The notes beneath the pieces are model-generated. The model was not told the origin of the DNA. It searched no databases and was given only the letters and a program-made list of their open reading frames with translations. Positions 13,190 through 25,420 of a DNA stretch of 64,000 bases are shown piece by piece. Source of the DNA: Mobula birostris (taxonomy: Eukaryota); contig NC_092383.1 in assembly GCF_030028105.1 (NCBI RefSeq), forward strand, positions 87,191,921-87,255,920, read 5' to 3'. A program made the position numbers and the translations under genes. Each line of letters starts with the position of its first letter. Positions within the stretch are counted from its first letter, which is position 1.

Positions 13190-13735
13190 CTCCCTCTACC
13201 TCACCACTTCTATTCCCCAATATGATCTCTTAGCTCTTCTCAGATGCTTATCACCTCTCCCCTGGGTTCTCTCCCACTCCTCTTCCTCCTATGGGTCCAC
13301 TCTCTTCTCCAATCAGATCCCTTCCTCTCCAGCCCTTTGTCTTTCCTATTCACCTGGTTTCACCGATCACCTTCGAGATATCCTTCTTTCCCTCCTCCCC
13401 CCACATTTTATTCTGGTGTCTTTCCCCCTTCCTGCCCAGTCCTGAAGAAATATCTTGGCCCAAAACATTGTTTGTGTTGTGTGTTTTATTACTTCCCACC
13501 CTCCCTCCCCCCACCTTCTTTATAGAGCCTCTGCCCCTTCCCCCTGCAGTCCTGATGAAGGGTTCCGGCCCGAAACATCGACCGATCTTTTCCACGGATG
13601 CTGCCCGACCTGCTGAGTTCCTCCAGCGTGTTGTGACTGTTTATTTATTTCCATAGATGCTCTCACCTGCTGAGCTCCTCCAACTTTTTGTGTACATTGC
13701 TTTGGAATTCCTGATATCTGCAGAATTTGTTGTGT
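13190..13735 (+). mobile_element. PLE 3' end with a younger PLE end nested at 13471-13635
   Basis: Pyrimidine-rich tract, then two hammerhead-type motifs (13437-13470 and 13547-13584) and a duplicated terminal sequence. Confidence 0.75.
13547..13584 (+). ncRNA. Hammerhead ribozyme motif, slightly degenerate
   Basis: CAGTC CTGATGA A GGG-TTCCGG-CCC GAAA C ATC GACCG. Core boxes intact; the stem III palindrome is broken (ACAT). Confidence 0.6.
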
Positions 13736-14534
13736 TCATGTATTGTGGAAGTGGTAACTTCTGTTAGCTGAGAAGGTGAGTGAAGGGATGCAGATTAGAG
13801 GTAAGGGTGTCTATAGGTGGAGATAGGTACTGTATATGTGACCTGTTCAAATTTTGTCTGGTATCATTCTATGAGAAATATGTAAGTGACTCTCATGGAC
13901 AATTTCATGTCAAAATGGATTTGATCTGACTCAAGAACAGAGCTGATATGGATTTTACCACTGTGATAAAATCCATGTCACCACAGTGCATGAATGTGTA
14001 ATTCCAATCAGCTGTCCCCCGCTCCCCCAACATTGAACTGAAGTGAAATCCCATCATAGCTCTTGAATTTGCACTGACCAATGGAATATATCTCAGAGGA
14101 GGTGAGTTTTACAGCTTGATTCAAGGAACTGACAGAGCCTTCAGAGGAAACGAAGCAAAGTGTTGGATGCTGAGTATGCATGAAAAGCTCCTTTGACATC
14201 ACATCCGTGTCCTGCTTTATTTCTTCAGTGGCAAGTTCTCCAAAACATATTTGACTGAATTATCACCAGGACAGATCCAGAAGGATGTACAAATCCTGGA
14301 ATGAAAATCTATAACTCTGTGAAGGTGGCAATGCCAACAGATGTAATGTCAGTGGTAAAACAGGCTGCAGTCTGGACTTTAGTGAAAAATGTCAGGAAAG
14401 CATGTAGTGGCTGTATAAAACTTTGCTTAAGCCATATTTGGAGGATGTGGTTAATTCTGGTTGCTGCATAACAGGAAGTATGTGGAGCCTTTAGAGTGGT
14501 TGAAGAAGAGTTTCACCTGCTTATATTCTAGGTG

Positions 14535-16530
14535 ACAGCTTTATAGAGTGAGCACAGAGTAGAGGGAGACGGAGTAGGAGGGTTTTGGCTCAACGGGCTT
14601 GTGCAATAAGGAGTCGAAGCCAGGTAAGTTACTTGGGTGGAATAAGAACTATGTCTGTGAGGCTGGTGTTCTGTACTGAGGGTCAGATGTGAGATGCCCA
14701 GGAGACTCCCAGCCTCCCGGATGGCCACATCTGCGAAACGTGCATCGAGCTACAGCTCCTTGAGATGCGGGTTAGGGAACTGAAGGTGCAGCTCAATGAC
14801 CTTTGCCTGGTCAGGGAAAGTGAGGAGGTGATAGAGAGGAGTTATAGGCAAGCACTCACACCGGGGCCTCAGGAGACATAAGTGGTAACAGTCAGGAGAG
14901 GGAAGGGCAAGAGTCAGATACTAGAGAGTACCCCTGTGGCTGACATTTTTAACAATACGTGCTCCTGTTTGAGTACTGTTGGGGGGATGACCTAACTGGG
15001 GGAAGCAACAGTGCCCGTGCCTCTGGCACAGTCTGCCCCTGTGACTCAGTGAGTATAGCAATAGAGTGAGGTGGAGGATAAATGCATAGCCGAGGGATTG
15101 GAGCAGGGGGCAGGGATTCAGATTTCTATTTCATTGGGACCTCTTTTGAGGCAGGCATGACATGTACAAAAAGAATGGGTTGCACTTGAATCCGATGGGG
15201 AACAATATCCTGGTGGGGAGGTTTGTTAAAGTAATTGGTGAGAGTTTAAACAAGAATTGCTGGGGTGGGGTGGGAACCAAACTGAAGAGATGGAGGAATG
15301 GACAGTTGGCTCAGAAATTGAGAAAGCTTGTAGACAGTATGAGAAGGAGGATAGGCAGGTGATAGAGAAGGGATGTGCTCAGTCCAATGGTTGGAGATGT
15401 GTCTATTTTAATGCAAAAAGCAACATGAACAAAGCAGATGAGCTTAGAGCATGGATCAGTACTTGGAGCTATGATGTTGTGGCCATTACAGAGACTTGGA
15501 TAGCTCATCGGCAGGAATGGTTACTTAGAGTGCCAGGCTTTAGATGTTTCTGAAAGGATAGAGAGGGAGGCAAAAGAGGTGGGGGCGTGGCACTGCTGAT
15601 CACAGATAGTGTCACAGCTGTAGAAAAGGAGGAAGTCATTGTCTACTGAGTCTCTGTGGGTGGAAGTTAGGAACAGCAAGGGGTCAATAACTCTGGGTGT
15701 TTTTTATAGACCACCCAATAGTAATAGTGATATCAAGAAGCAAATAGGGAGACAGATTCTGGAAAGATGTAATAAAAAGAGGGTTCCTGGGGTGGGAGAT
15801 TTTAATTTCCCAAATATTGATCAGCACCTCCCTAGAGCAAACGGTTTAGATGGGGTGAAGTTTGTTAGGTGTGTTCAGGAAGGTGGATATGCCTACAAGA
15901 GGAGAGGCTGTACTTGATCTAGAATTGGGAAAAGAACCTGGTCAGGTGTGAGGTCGCTCAGTGGCAGAGAATTTTGGAGATGGTGATCATAATTCTATCT
16001 CTTTTACCATGGCAGTGGAGAGAGATAGGAACAGACAAGTTCAGAAATCATTTAATCGGAGTAAGGGGAGATATGAAGCTATCAGGCAGGACCTTAAGCA
16101 TAAATTGGGAACAGATATTCTTGGGGAAATGTACGGTGGAAATGTGGCAAATATTCAGGGGATGTTTGTGTGATGTCCTGCATTGTATGTTCCAATGAGA
16201 CAGGGAAAAGATGGTAGGGTACAGGAACAGTGGTGTACAAAGGAAGTTCAAAATCTAGTCAAGAAGAAAAGAAAAGCTTATGAAAGGTTCAAAAAACCAT
16301 TGAATGATAGAGATCTAGAAAATTATAAGACTAGCAGGAAGGAACTTATGGAGGAAATTAGGAGAGCCAGAAGGGGCCATGAGAAGGCCTTGGCGAGCAG
16401 GATTAAGGAAAACCCCAAGGCATTTTACAAGTATGTGAATAGCAAGAGGAAAGGATGTGAGAGAATAGGACCAATCAAGTGTGACAGTGGAAAAGTGTGT
16501 CTGGAAGCGGAGGAGACAGCGGGGGTACTG
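14535..16530 (+). mobile_element. CR1 5' half: ORF1 (Zn finger, coiled coil, esterase remnant) and ORF2 endonuclease; 3' truncated
   Basis: HICETCIELQLL, GLHLNPMG, CVYFNAKS, YDVVAITETW, GVFYRPPNS, IKENPKAFYKY. No RT core follows. Confidence 0.9.
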
Positions 16531-16799
16531 TAGCTCCCTTCATGTAGCAGCTGAGAGGCTAATTGTACATCCACGTGTTACAGTTACATGTCAACTTGAA
16601 GTAGCAACTTCTATTGGCAGATTCACACTCCACTGACCATTGCAAGCTGCATCAAGCTGTAACCACTCATTTTGTTCAATGCCCAACTTTTAATTCCATT
16701 GTTCAATCATTTTTAAGACCTTTGAATATTGACTGGAAATATACCCAATTTCAATCATTTTTAATGTTATATTGATCAAATTGTTGCATCATTCTCAGA

Positions 16800-16933
16800 A
16801 AAGAAACTTAAATTTATTATTAAAGTACATACTCCATTTGTCACCATATACTATCCTTACATTCATTTACTTTTGGGCATTCACAGTGAATACAAAGTAA
16901 CACAATAGTATCAATGAAAAAGTACCCATGAAC
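16800..16933 (-). mobile_element. 3' tail of a Rex1-type LINE split by L1 (continues at 23334-23825)
   Basis: Joins 23352 onward once the L1 and one TSD copy are removed. Confidence 0.5.
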
Positions 16934-17534
16934 GGACTTCCGGTATGGCGCAGATACAGCCAGTAGCATAATCAGTAAGGGCTCCCAGCTGGTCTTATTT
17001 CCCCCTAAATAAGGAACGGTTATTTAAATAGAAAAGTGGGTCTTGTAGCATGAAAGGGGGAAACAAAAGAAAGACGAGGAAAACCGCAACAAAACCCGAA
17101 GACAAGTGCTAAAATACCAACTGATGGCGAGGACACTGATAACGGCTCTAGCAACCAAGCCGAACACAAGAAAACAGAGGCTGTTCATGATAACATCATG
17201 GCCGAAATAGAGACGCTTCGTTCGGACATGCAAAAAGAAGTGAGTGATGCCTTGGGTTTTCTGAAGAAGAAACTGTTGGATTTCAGAGAAGAAATTAACC
17301 AGAAGCTGAATGCTATTGCTGGTGATTTAAAAGAAATAATGGGTAGATTTGAGGATATGGAGCAAAGGGTGGCAGAAGTGGAGGAATGGAATGCCGAAGC
17401 CAGGGAGGTTCTTTTTCACACACTGGAACTTCAGGAGATCATTCAAGCTTGACTAACAGGCCTGGAGACATATTCTCGCAGGAATAACATACATATCCAC
17501 GGAATTTCCGAGGGGGCAGAAGGAGACAACATAT

Positions 17535-18115
17535 AGGAATTCCCTTCCCGATGCTGCCCTTGGCATAAATCGCTGTCATCAATCTCTTGGATTCAGACAT
17601 CGCACCTCTCCCGGAAGTTCCAGGAGTCTCCCGTATATTAATAGTGGCTCCCTGATGCCCAAAAATTACATATAATATCAGGGAAATCAACTTTTTTGAG
17701 AGCGAGCGTGAGAAAGCAAGAGAGAGCGCGAGAGCAAGAGGGAGAGAGAAAGACAGAGAGAGGGAGAGTGCGAGAGAGAGAGAGCGCGCGCGCCATGGCA
17801 GAGTGTTCCAAAAAAAAGACTACCTTAAAGTGTACCCCTGCCTAATAGGAGTTAAAAATAATGACAGTGTTGCTCGCTGCGCTGTTTGCAACAGTGACTT
17901 TTCTATTGCCCATGGGGGGTTAAGACTGTAAAAGACATGTTGAGGTGAGTTTAACAGGTGTCATTCGTTCATTAGCATAGCTAACGTATTTTAAACTAGC
18001 TGGCTAGCTGCTCAGGAGCTACTCTATTGCAGACATCCCACCTCTCCCAGAAGTTCCGGGAGTCTCCCACCAATTGATGGTGCTACCTCCCTGAAATGAG
18101 TTTTTGCAGGCTGGG
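17535..18115 (+). mobile_element. hAT-derived non-autonomous element with a BED-finger exon remnant
   Basis: Frameshifted YPCLIGVKNNDSVARCAVCNSDFSIAHGG..DCKRHVE (about 17820-17944) followed by a GTGAGT donor. A 40-bp direct repeat lies near both ends. Interrupts L1 ORF1. Confidence 0.6.
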
Positions 18116-19445
18116 ATTTCTGTGGATTCAAACCACCACAAGGTTCCAACCCAAGGTCCGTGGTCTTCTACTTTCTGGAGTATAAAATTAAAGAGTTGGT
18201 GCTTCGCTATGCTTGGAAAAAACGAGAGATCTATTACGACGGGAAAAGAGTATTTTTTTGATCAAGACTACCCGACCGAAATACTTATGAAAATAAAACT
18301 CAGAAAGACGCTTAAAGAAAAGGGATTCCAGTTCCAGACTCTTTACCCAGCCAAACTTCGAGTGTTTTTTGACACTGGACAAGTCATCTACAATAACGCA
18401 TCGGAGGCGACGGAAGACTTGAAGAACAGGGGATTTCTCCTGGACTGTCCCGGAATCGTGGCTTCCGCGGAAGGCACGGCCACAGCGAAACTGAGACAAC
18501 TTTCCTGGGAGACAGCTGGTGCAAAATCCCGCCGAGACCAAGAAAAACGTCTGAAACGCATCCAGAACAAGCTAAAGGAATTTCGACGCAACAAAGCGAC
18601 TGCATGAGAGCTCTTAAAGGTATAGCGATAAAATATCCTTCAGCCAGGTCGGGAAAATCACATGTACCTTAACACCAAACTATAATTGACTTTGTATTAA
18701 GAACTTAAAAATAGAACATAAACGATTTTTTTCTCTATAAACTCTTATTACTATAACTGACCACAAACCTGGGAGCTGATGTTTGATTCTGTTTTTGTTT
18801 GTGCACTGTCCTGATTTCAATTATTCAGAGACATCAACCTGCACTAGGAGGTGCCCCTTCGGGTTTAAGGGCTCCCCCCGCCCCCGACTTAGAAGTTTAG
18901 TTTAAACTTCAAGCATGGAAGGCACAGATGTTATATGTGTTGATTATATGTTAAATGTTAGTTTGTTGTACAGACAGAAATTCATTTTTAGGTCATCTAG
19001 GGATATTTAACTATTTATATAAACCCTTTTTTATCGGCGTGGAATGCTGTATCAAGAATACAGAGTAATCATTCTTAATGTGAATGGGTTACAGAACCCA
19101 ATCAAAAGGATTAAGGCTATAGCTAAAATGAAGAGAGAAATCCAAGATATAACTTTTTGGCAAGAAACTCACCTTTCAAAGATTGAACATGAGAAGTTAC
19201 GCAAAATGGGTTTTAAAAATTTTTATTACTCTTCTTTTGAGAGGGGAAACACAAGTGGAGTTGCAATATTAATCTCAAATAAAGTAAATTTCTGGTTTTC
19301 CTCACAGATTACAGACAAATAAGGGTGTTACTTACTGGTGACTGGTGAAGGGTTTTATTGATCATAAAGAAATTACACTACTGAATGTTTACAGACGAAC
19401 AGGAAATGATAAACAGCTGATTAAGAATGTTTTTAATATGATATC

Positions 19446-19703
19446 TGTCGTAATGTGAGCATTATTAAAAGTAGGATAATACTAATTGGGAAGCTGCTTT
19501 TAAAGAGGGGCTGGTTCAGGGGTTGGCAGGGTTTTTCTTCTGTTCTTTTTACTTCTGGTGTGCTTTGTATATAGTGTCCCTGCCATGCTGTACGGGTTGT
19601 GAAAGCATCTGGATATAAATATCGGTTTTACTTTTCGAGATAAAGTTGTGCCTTTGGACATGAAGTTGTCGAGTGTTCCTTTTTCAAAGTTGAAGTTACC
19701 ACG
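19446..19703. mobile_element. Solo LTR (258 bp) with a 5-bp TSD, inside the L1 endonuclease region
   Basis: ATATC | TGTCGTAA ... TTACCACG | ATATC. Removing it restores the L1 frame NMISLETPG. Confidence 0.7.
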
Positions 19704-22700
19704 ATATCTCTGGAAACACCTGGTGTGGTAATCTGTGGGGGGAACTGGAATATTCAATTACATCCTTCCCCGGACTCCTCAAATAGAACAAAAAAGATAA
19801 ACCCGGAAACATTACATGTCAAGAAACTGCTCAAAGAAATAGGCATGATAGATATATGGAGAGAGTTGCACGCACTTGATAGACCGTTAACCTTTTTTTC
19901 TCATCCCCACTCCATGCACTCAAGAATAGATTTTTTTTATGTTTAATTCAGAGAGACACAGGATTATAAAATGCGATATAGGGGTAAGAGACAACGCTGA
20001 CCACACAGGGGTTTACTTAACATTACATTTGGACAACAAATGCAAAGATACCTTGTGGGACTTAATACCAGTCTTTTGAATGACCCCTATGTTTAAAATA
20101 CCTAAAGAAAGAGTTTGAAGATAATATGATATATAATGATAAGGAACGGTGTCCCCCAGCACTCTGTGGGATGTGGCAAAAGCTGTTATTAGGGGTAAAC
20201 TCAAAAAGTGATCAGCTCAGAAGGAAAAGGAAAAAGAGAAACAAATCAAGGATCTTACTGAAAAATTACAGTTTTTGGAGAGTAAGCATATGGAGTATAA
20301 TGACAGTAATGTCTTGAATCAAATTTTGGATACAAAACAAACTCTAAATAATATTCATGAAAGTGAAGTTGAGAAGAGATCTAAGTTCGTTAAACAAAAT
20401 TTCTATGAGAATGGTCCGAAATCTGAGAAATTTCTTGCATGGAGAATACGTAAACAACAGGCTGAGAGATCTGTACATTGGGTGAAAGACACCCAGACTA
20501 ATAAGATGCTTCACAAATTGGAAGACATTCAAAAATCTTTCAAAACGTACAGCACAATGTTATACGCTGAACCCAAAGCTGCAGAGTTAGCAGACATATC
20601 TAATTTCTTAACATCCTTAGATTCACCATCTGCAGGTACAGCAAAATAAACTAATAACTCAGGAGATAACAGAAGAAGAACTAGGTAAAGCTATATCAGA
20701 AATAAAAACAAATAAAATCTCAGGTGCTGATGGCACTTTCAGAGGGATAATAATACCAATACTTAAGAAATGTTTTGATTGTGTTTTCAGAGGAGGGGAG
20801 ACTCCGTTGTCCTGGAATCAAGCAATGATTTCAGTAGTTCCTAAAGGTGATAAGGATCGGACTGAATGCAGTTCCTATAGGCCCATATCTTTTCCAAACA
20901 TAGATTATAGATTATTTGCATCAATATTAGTAAAAAGATTGGAAATATAATTCCAGATCTAATTGACACAGATCAAACAGGTTTTGTTAAAAGTAGGCAA
21001 ATCCAGGATAATGTGAGACGGGCCCTTCATCTCATTGACCATATAAGCAAAAATAACCTGGAATCTGTAGTTATTAGCCTTAATGCTGAAAAGGCCTTCG
21101 ACTCAATACGATGGGAATATCTCTACTTGGTACTTAAGTGGTTTGGCTTTAATAATCAGGTAGTTGGATGTCTAAAAGCTTTATATTCTTCCCCTACAAC
21201 CAGAATTAAAATAAATGGGAATTTATCTAAAACAATATTTCTTGAAAGGGGATGTCGACAAGGGTGCCCCCTAAGCCCCAGGCTTTTCACTCTTTTTATC
21301 GAGCCATTGGCCCAGGCAATTAGAGAAGTCAAGATTATAACAGGTGTACTGATCAGAGATACAGCAAATAAGATTTGTCCACATGCGGATGATATTCTCG
21401 TGACTCTTACCAGTCCCCAGTGCAGGTTTGCCTAAATTAATATCCCTGCTGAAAGAATTCAATTCCTGCTCTGGCTATAATTTAAATTTATATAAAACCC
21501 AAACTTTAAATTTTAATTATGAACCACAAGAAAACATCTACAGAATGAGTAATTCAAATGGAAAGGTAATATTATCAAATATCTAGGAGTGCAAATACCT
21601 GAAGACTTATCTACTATGTACAAAAATAATCATATTCCCATGACAGCTGATATTAAGGCAGACTTAAATAGATGGTCATTGCTGCCAATGAATATGAATA
21701 ATCAAATAGAAGCCATAAAGATGAATGTATTACCTAGATTGCTCTTCCTTTTTCAATCATTGCCTGTTGAAGTACCTTTTAAGTAATTTAATGAATGGAA
21801 AAGAATGATTCAAACATTTATTTGAGGAAAACAGAAAACAAGAATTAGATTTCAGACATTACAGCTGCATGATGATAAAGGAGGATTTGCTGTGCCTTGC
21901 TTTGAAGATTATTATAGAGCTGCACAGTCTGGTCTGTTGGTGTGACCCTCATTGTGAGGCAAAGTGGAAGAATTTAAACAAAGTCTAATAAATATCCCTC
22001 TCCAATCTATACTGGGGGATAAAACACCCCAAAAGAAGCATTTAAGTAAACTGACTCAGTGGCCAACAGTCCCTCTAAACATCTGGTATAAAGAATTTAA
22101 AGACCCAAAATTTGAAAGAAATGTAAGAATACTACGTTGAGTGGCACATGACACAGAATTTATCCCAGCACAATTGGATAGTAGATTTACACATTGGACA
22201 AGCAAGGGAATCACCTTATTCTGTACAATATCCTCCATTAAGGGTTTGGAGTCCTTTCAACAACTCACAGAAACATATCACTTAGAGAAACAAGACTTCT
22301 TTAGATATCTTCAACTAAGACAATATTTTAATAAAAATATTATAACTATTGGAGAGAAGGGGTTAAGTCTGGTTAATATGTTCATTGATGTGTATAAAGG
22401 TAATATTAAAAAGAAACTGATAACCAGGATTTACTCGATTTTACAATCTAACGGGTCTCTCCACAATGTATGTTAAATCAAAATGGGAGAAAGAAGCCAA
22501 CATAAAATTGACAGAATATGATTGGTTAAACATATGCAGAACACATTCAATTACTTCAAGTTCAGGTCTGTGGAGGAAATTCACCTGGAAGAATACCTTA
22601 AGATTTTTCATAACGCCAAAAATAAAGTTCAAAGTAACAGACCTGAACAAGGTCAATGTTGGAGAATGTGTGATAATCTGTAGGCTGATCATTTTCATAT

Positions 22701-23333
22701 TTTCTGAGAGTGTCCAAAGATTTTGTCTTATTGGTTAGATATGGTTAAAAAAAGAAAAGGTCAATAATCAGCCCAGAGATTAATTTTGTCTTTAACGTTA
22801 TTTATTTGGGTAATGTACCAAATGGGCTCAAAAAACATGAAAGATATTTATTGCAAATCCTACAGCAGCCTGTTAAGAAAGTGATTACCAGGAAATGTCT
22901 ATGCAAAGAGTTTCCTTCAGTCCTGGAATGGATAGAAATAGTTCAAGAAATTTATGTCATGGAACGATTGACTTTCTCTCTGAGACATGAAACTAAAAAT
23001 TTTGAAAGATACTGGGAAAATTGGTCATTTTATTTGAAATAACTTCGTCACTGTACATTTATTTGGTTCGAAGAACTTTGTTTTATCTCTTTCGATGAGA
23101 GAACCTGCAGAATGGACTTTAAAGTCATGGATCTTAAGGTCCCCTGAGACTTTAAAGGACAATTATGGACATTTAGTTAACCTTGTTACAGCAATGTAAC
23201 CCATTTTCCTGTTCATTTTTTCTATTATAAGATATGGATTTTACTTCACCTATGATGACCCTGTCTGTCTGTTTGTTCTTATCCTGTTTGTTCTGTTATT
23301 GGCAAAACAATAAAAATGAAGTTTTAGAAAAAA

Positions 23334-23825
23334 GAAAAGGTACCCATGAACAAAGACAGAAAAAACACAAATGTGTAAAAGACAAAGAATTGTGCCGATA
23401 CCAAAAGAAAAACAAAATAATAATAACAGGTAAATAAGTACTAAATAATACTTGAGAACATGAGTTGTAGAGTCCTTAAAAGTAGGTTGTGAAGTCAGTT
23501 CAGTGATAGGTGAAATTATCAACTCTGGTTCAGAATCTGTTCCTGAACCTGGTGGTGTGGGACATGAGGCTCCTGTACCTGCTTCCTGATGGCAACAGCA
23601 AGAAGGGAACATGGCCTGGATGATGGATGCTGTTTTCAGTACAGCAATGTGCTCAGCAATGAAGAGGAGTTTACCAGTGATGGACAGGGCTGTACGCATT
23701 ATCTTTTGTGGTTTTTCTGTTCAAGGGATCGATGTTTTCATACCATGCCATGATGCAGTCAATAAGTGTACTCTCCATTGTGCATCTATAGGACTTTGTC
23801 AGAAAGTGGGAAGGGCAATATGTGC
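23334..23825 (-). mobile_element. Rex1-type LINE 3' fragment
   Basis: Minus strand HCCTENSIHH and PSCCCHQEAGTGASCPTPPGSGTD are frameshifted versions of the Rex1 C-terminus seen in the other copies. Confidence 0.6.
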
Positions 23826-23904
23826 CTAGTGGTGGGATCCCATTGGAGATGGCAGAAGTTATGAAGAATTATGTGCTGGACGCAGAGACTCAAAGCTTAC
23901 CGCG

Positions 23905-24835
23905 CAGTAGCTTCCATGTCCAGCACATAATTCTCTGTAACTTCCGCCATTTCCAATGGGATCTCACCACCAAGCACTTCTTTCCCTCTCCCCCACTTTC
24001 TGCTTTCCACAACAACCACTCCCTACACAACTCCCTTGTCCATCCATTCCCCTCCACTGATCTCCCTCCTGGCACTTATCCTTGCAAGAAGAACAAACGC
24101 CTCACCTACCCCTGCAGTTCTTCCTTCACTACCATTCAGGGCCCCAAACAGTCCTTCCAGGTAAGGCAACACTTTATCTGTGAATCTGTTGGGGCCATCA
24201 ACTGAATCTGGTGCTCCTGATGCAGCCTCCTGAATATTGATGTGACCTGACGTAGATTAGGACACCACCTCGCCGAGCAACTATACTCCATCTGCCAGAA
24301 AAAGTGGGATCTCCCAGTGGCTGCCCATTTTACTTACACTTCCCTTTCCCATTCTGACACGTCAATCCATGGTGTCCCCCACTGTCGTAATTAGGCTACA
24401 CTTAGATGAGAGGAACAACACTTTTATAATTAATCTGTGTGGCCTCCAACCTGATAGCATGAACATTGACTTCTCCAGCTTCCAGTATTGCCCTGCCCCC
24501 TTTCACCATTCCCAATTCCCCTTTCCCTTCTCACCTTATCTCCTTACCTGCCCATCACCTCCCTCTGGTGCTCTTCACCCTTTTTATCTTCCATGGCCTT
24601 CTATCATCTCCTATTAGATTCCCCCTTCTCCAGCCCTGTATAGGTTTCACAAAACAACTTCCCAGCTCTTTATTTCACACATCCCCCCCTTTCCCCAGTT
24701 TCACCTACCATCTTGTGTTTCTTCCTCCCCTCACCCCAACTTTTATCTCTGATTCCTCATCTTTTTTCTTCAGTCCTGATGAAGGGTCTGGGCCCAAAAC
24801 GTCGACTATTCTCTGTTCCATAAATGCTGCCTGGT
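23905..24835 (+). mobile_element. Penelope-like element 3' part: GIY-YIG endonuclease remnant and terminal repeat
   Basis: IQGPKQSFQVRQHFICESVGAI followed by a decayed CIWCSRCGLLYI...RLG..LAE-like GIY-YIG segment. Hammerhead motif at 24771. Confidence 0.85.
24771..24808 (+). ncRNA. Hammerhead motif with an inactivating core change (GAAA to AAAA)
   Basis: CAGTC CTGATGA A GGG-TCTGGG-CCC AAAA C GTC GACTA. Confidence 0.6.
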
Positions 24836-24881
24836 CATCTTTTGAGGACAGACAGTTCCTGGCTGGGTTTCTGTGAACAAA

Positions 24882-24921
24882 ATGCTGTGGACTTTGCTTG
24901 TTTTGATTGGTTTCCTCCCCT
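24882..24921 (+). CDS. Candidate leader (signal peptide) exon of the Ig receptor: MLWTLLVLIGFLP
   Basis: ACAAAATG context with A at -3, 13 hydrophobic codons, and a phase-1 end that matches the V exon. The donor GTGATT is non-optimal. It lies in non-repeat sequence 1.4 kb upstream of V1. Confidence 0.55.
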
Positions 24922-25029
24922 GTGATTGACAGACAGCTCTGGACATTTGCATAATCAATGTTGGTTTGAGAGTTGTACACCGTTCCCACAACAATGCTTG
25001 AATACCCGTCGACACTAAAGACGTCGGAA

Positions 25030-25420
25030 ACTGGACTTGGGAATACACTCCTGGAGGAATTCAACGGGTCAAGCAGCACCTGTCAAGGGGAGGGGAATGT
25101 CAATAGTTTGGATCGAGACCCTGCATCAAGTGTGAGTGGAGAATGAGATAAAGTAAATAGGACAGGAAGAGGTGTGAGACTGGGTCCATTAGGTGGTTCG
25201 GGACCGAGGAGAGGTGAAACACAACATGCAAATGGAATGGGGAAGAAAAGGTGTGGCGTTTGGAGGGGGGTGAGAGGCTGAAACAGATCAGGAGGAAAGG
25301 GGAATAGTGCAGGTGAGGGAAGAATGCATCCAGATGGAGAAACCCCCTTGGGGCTGTTAAGTGGAAACATCAGGTCTTCCATTGCTGGAATCTGATCCTC
25401 CTCTGCAGGGATCACTATGA
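25030..25420 (-). mobile_element. Degenerate PLE 3' end in intron 1
   Basis: Reverse complement has a pyrimidine tract, a decayed TTGATGCAGGGTCTCGATCCAAA hammerhead-like motif and the terminal repeat. Confidence 0.6.

Larger units (their letters stand above)
16934..23333 (+). mobile_element. Full-length L1 with an 18-bp TSD, decayed
   Basis: Flanked by GAAAAAGTACCCATGAAC (16916-16933) and GAAAAGGTACCCATGAAC (23334-23351). 5' end GGACTTCCGGTATGGCG. ORF1 about 17040-18607 (QTLYPAKLRVF). ORF2 about 19044-23042 (ILNVNGLQNPIKR, GCRQGCPLSP). Confidence 0.95.

Noticed and set aside
24466-24876. Pro/Phe/Ser-rich ORFs here and at 13161-13656 as membrane proteins
   Set aside because: They come from the pyrimidine-rich PLE 3' tract, which has few stop codons.
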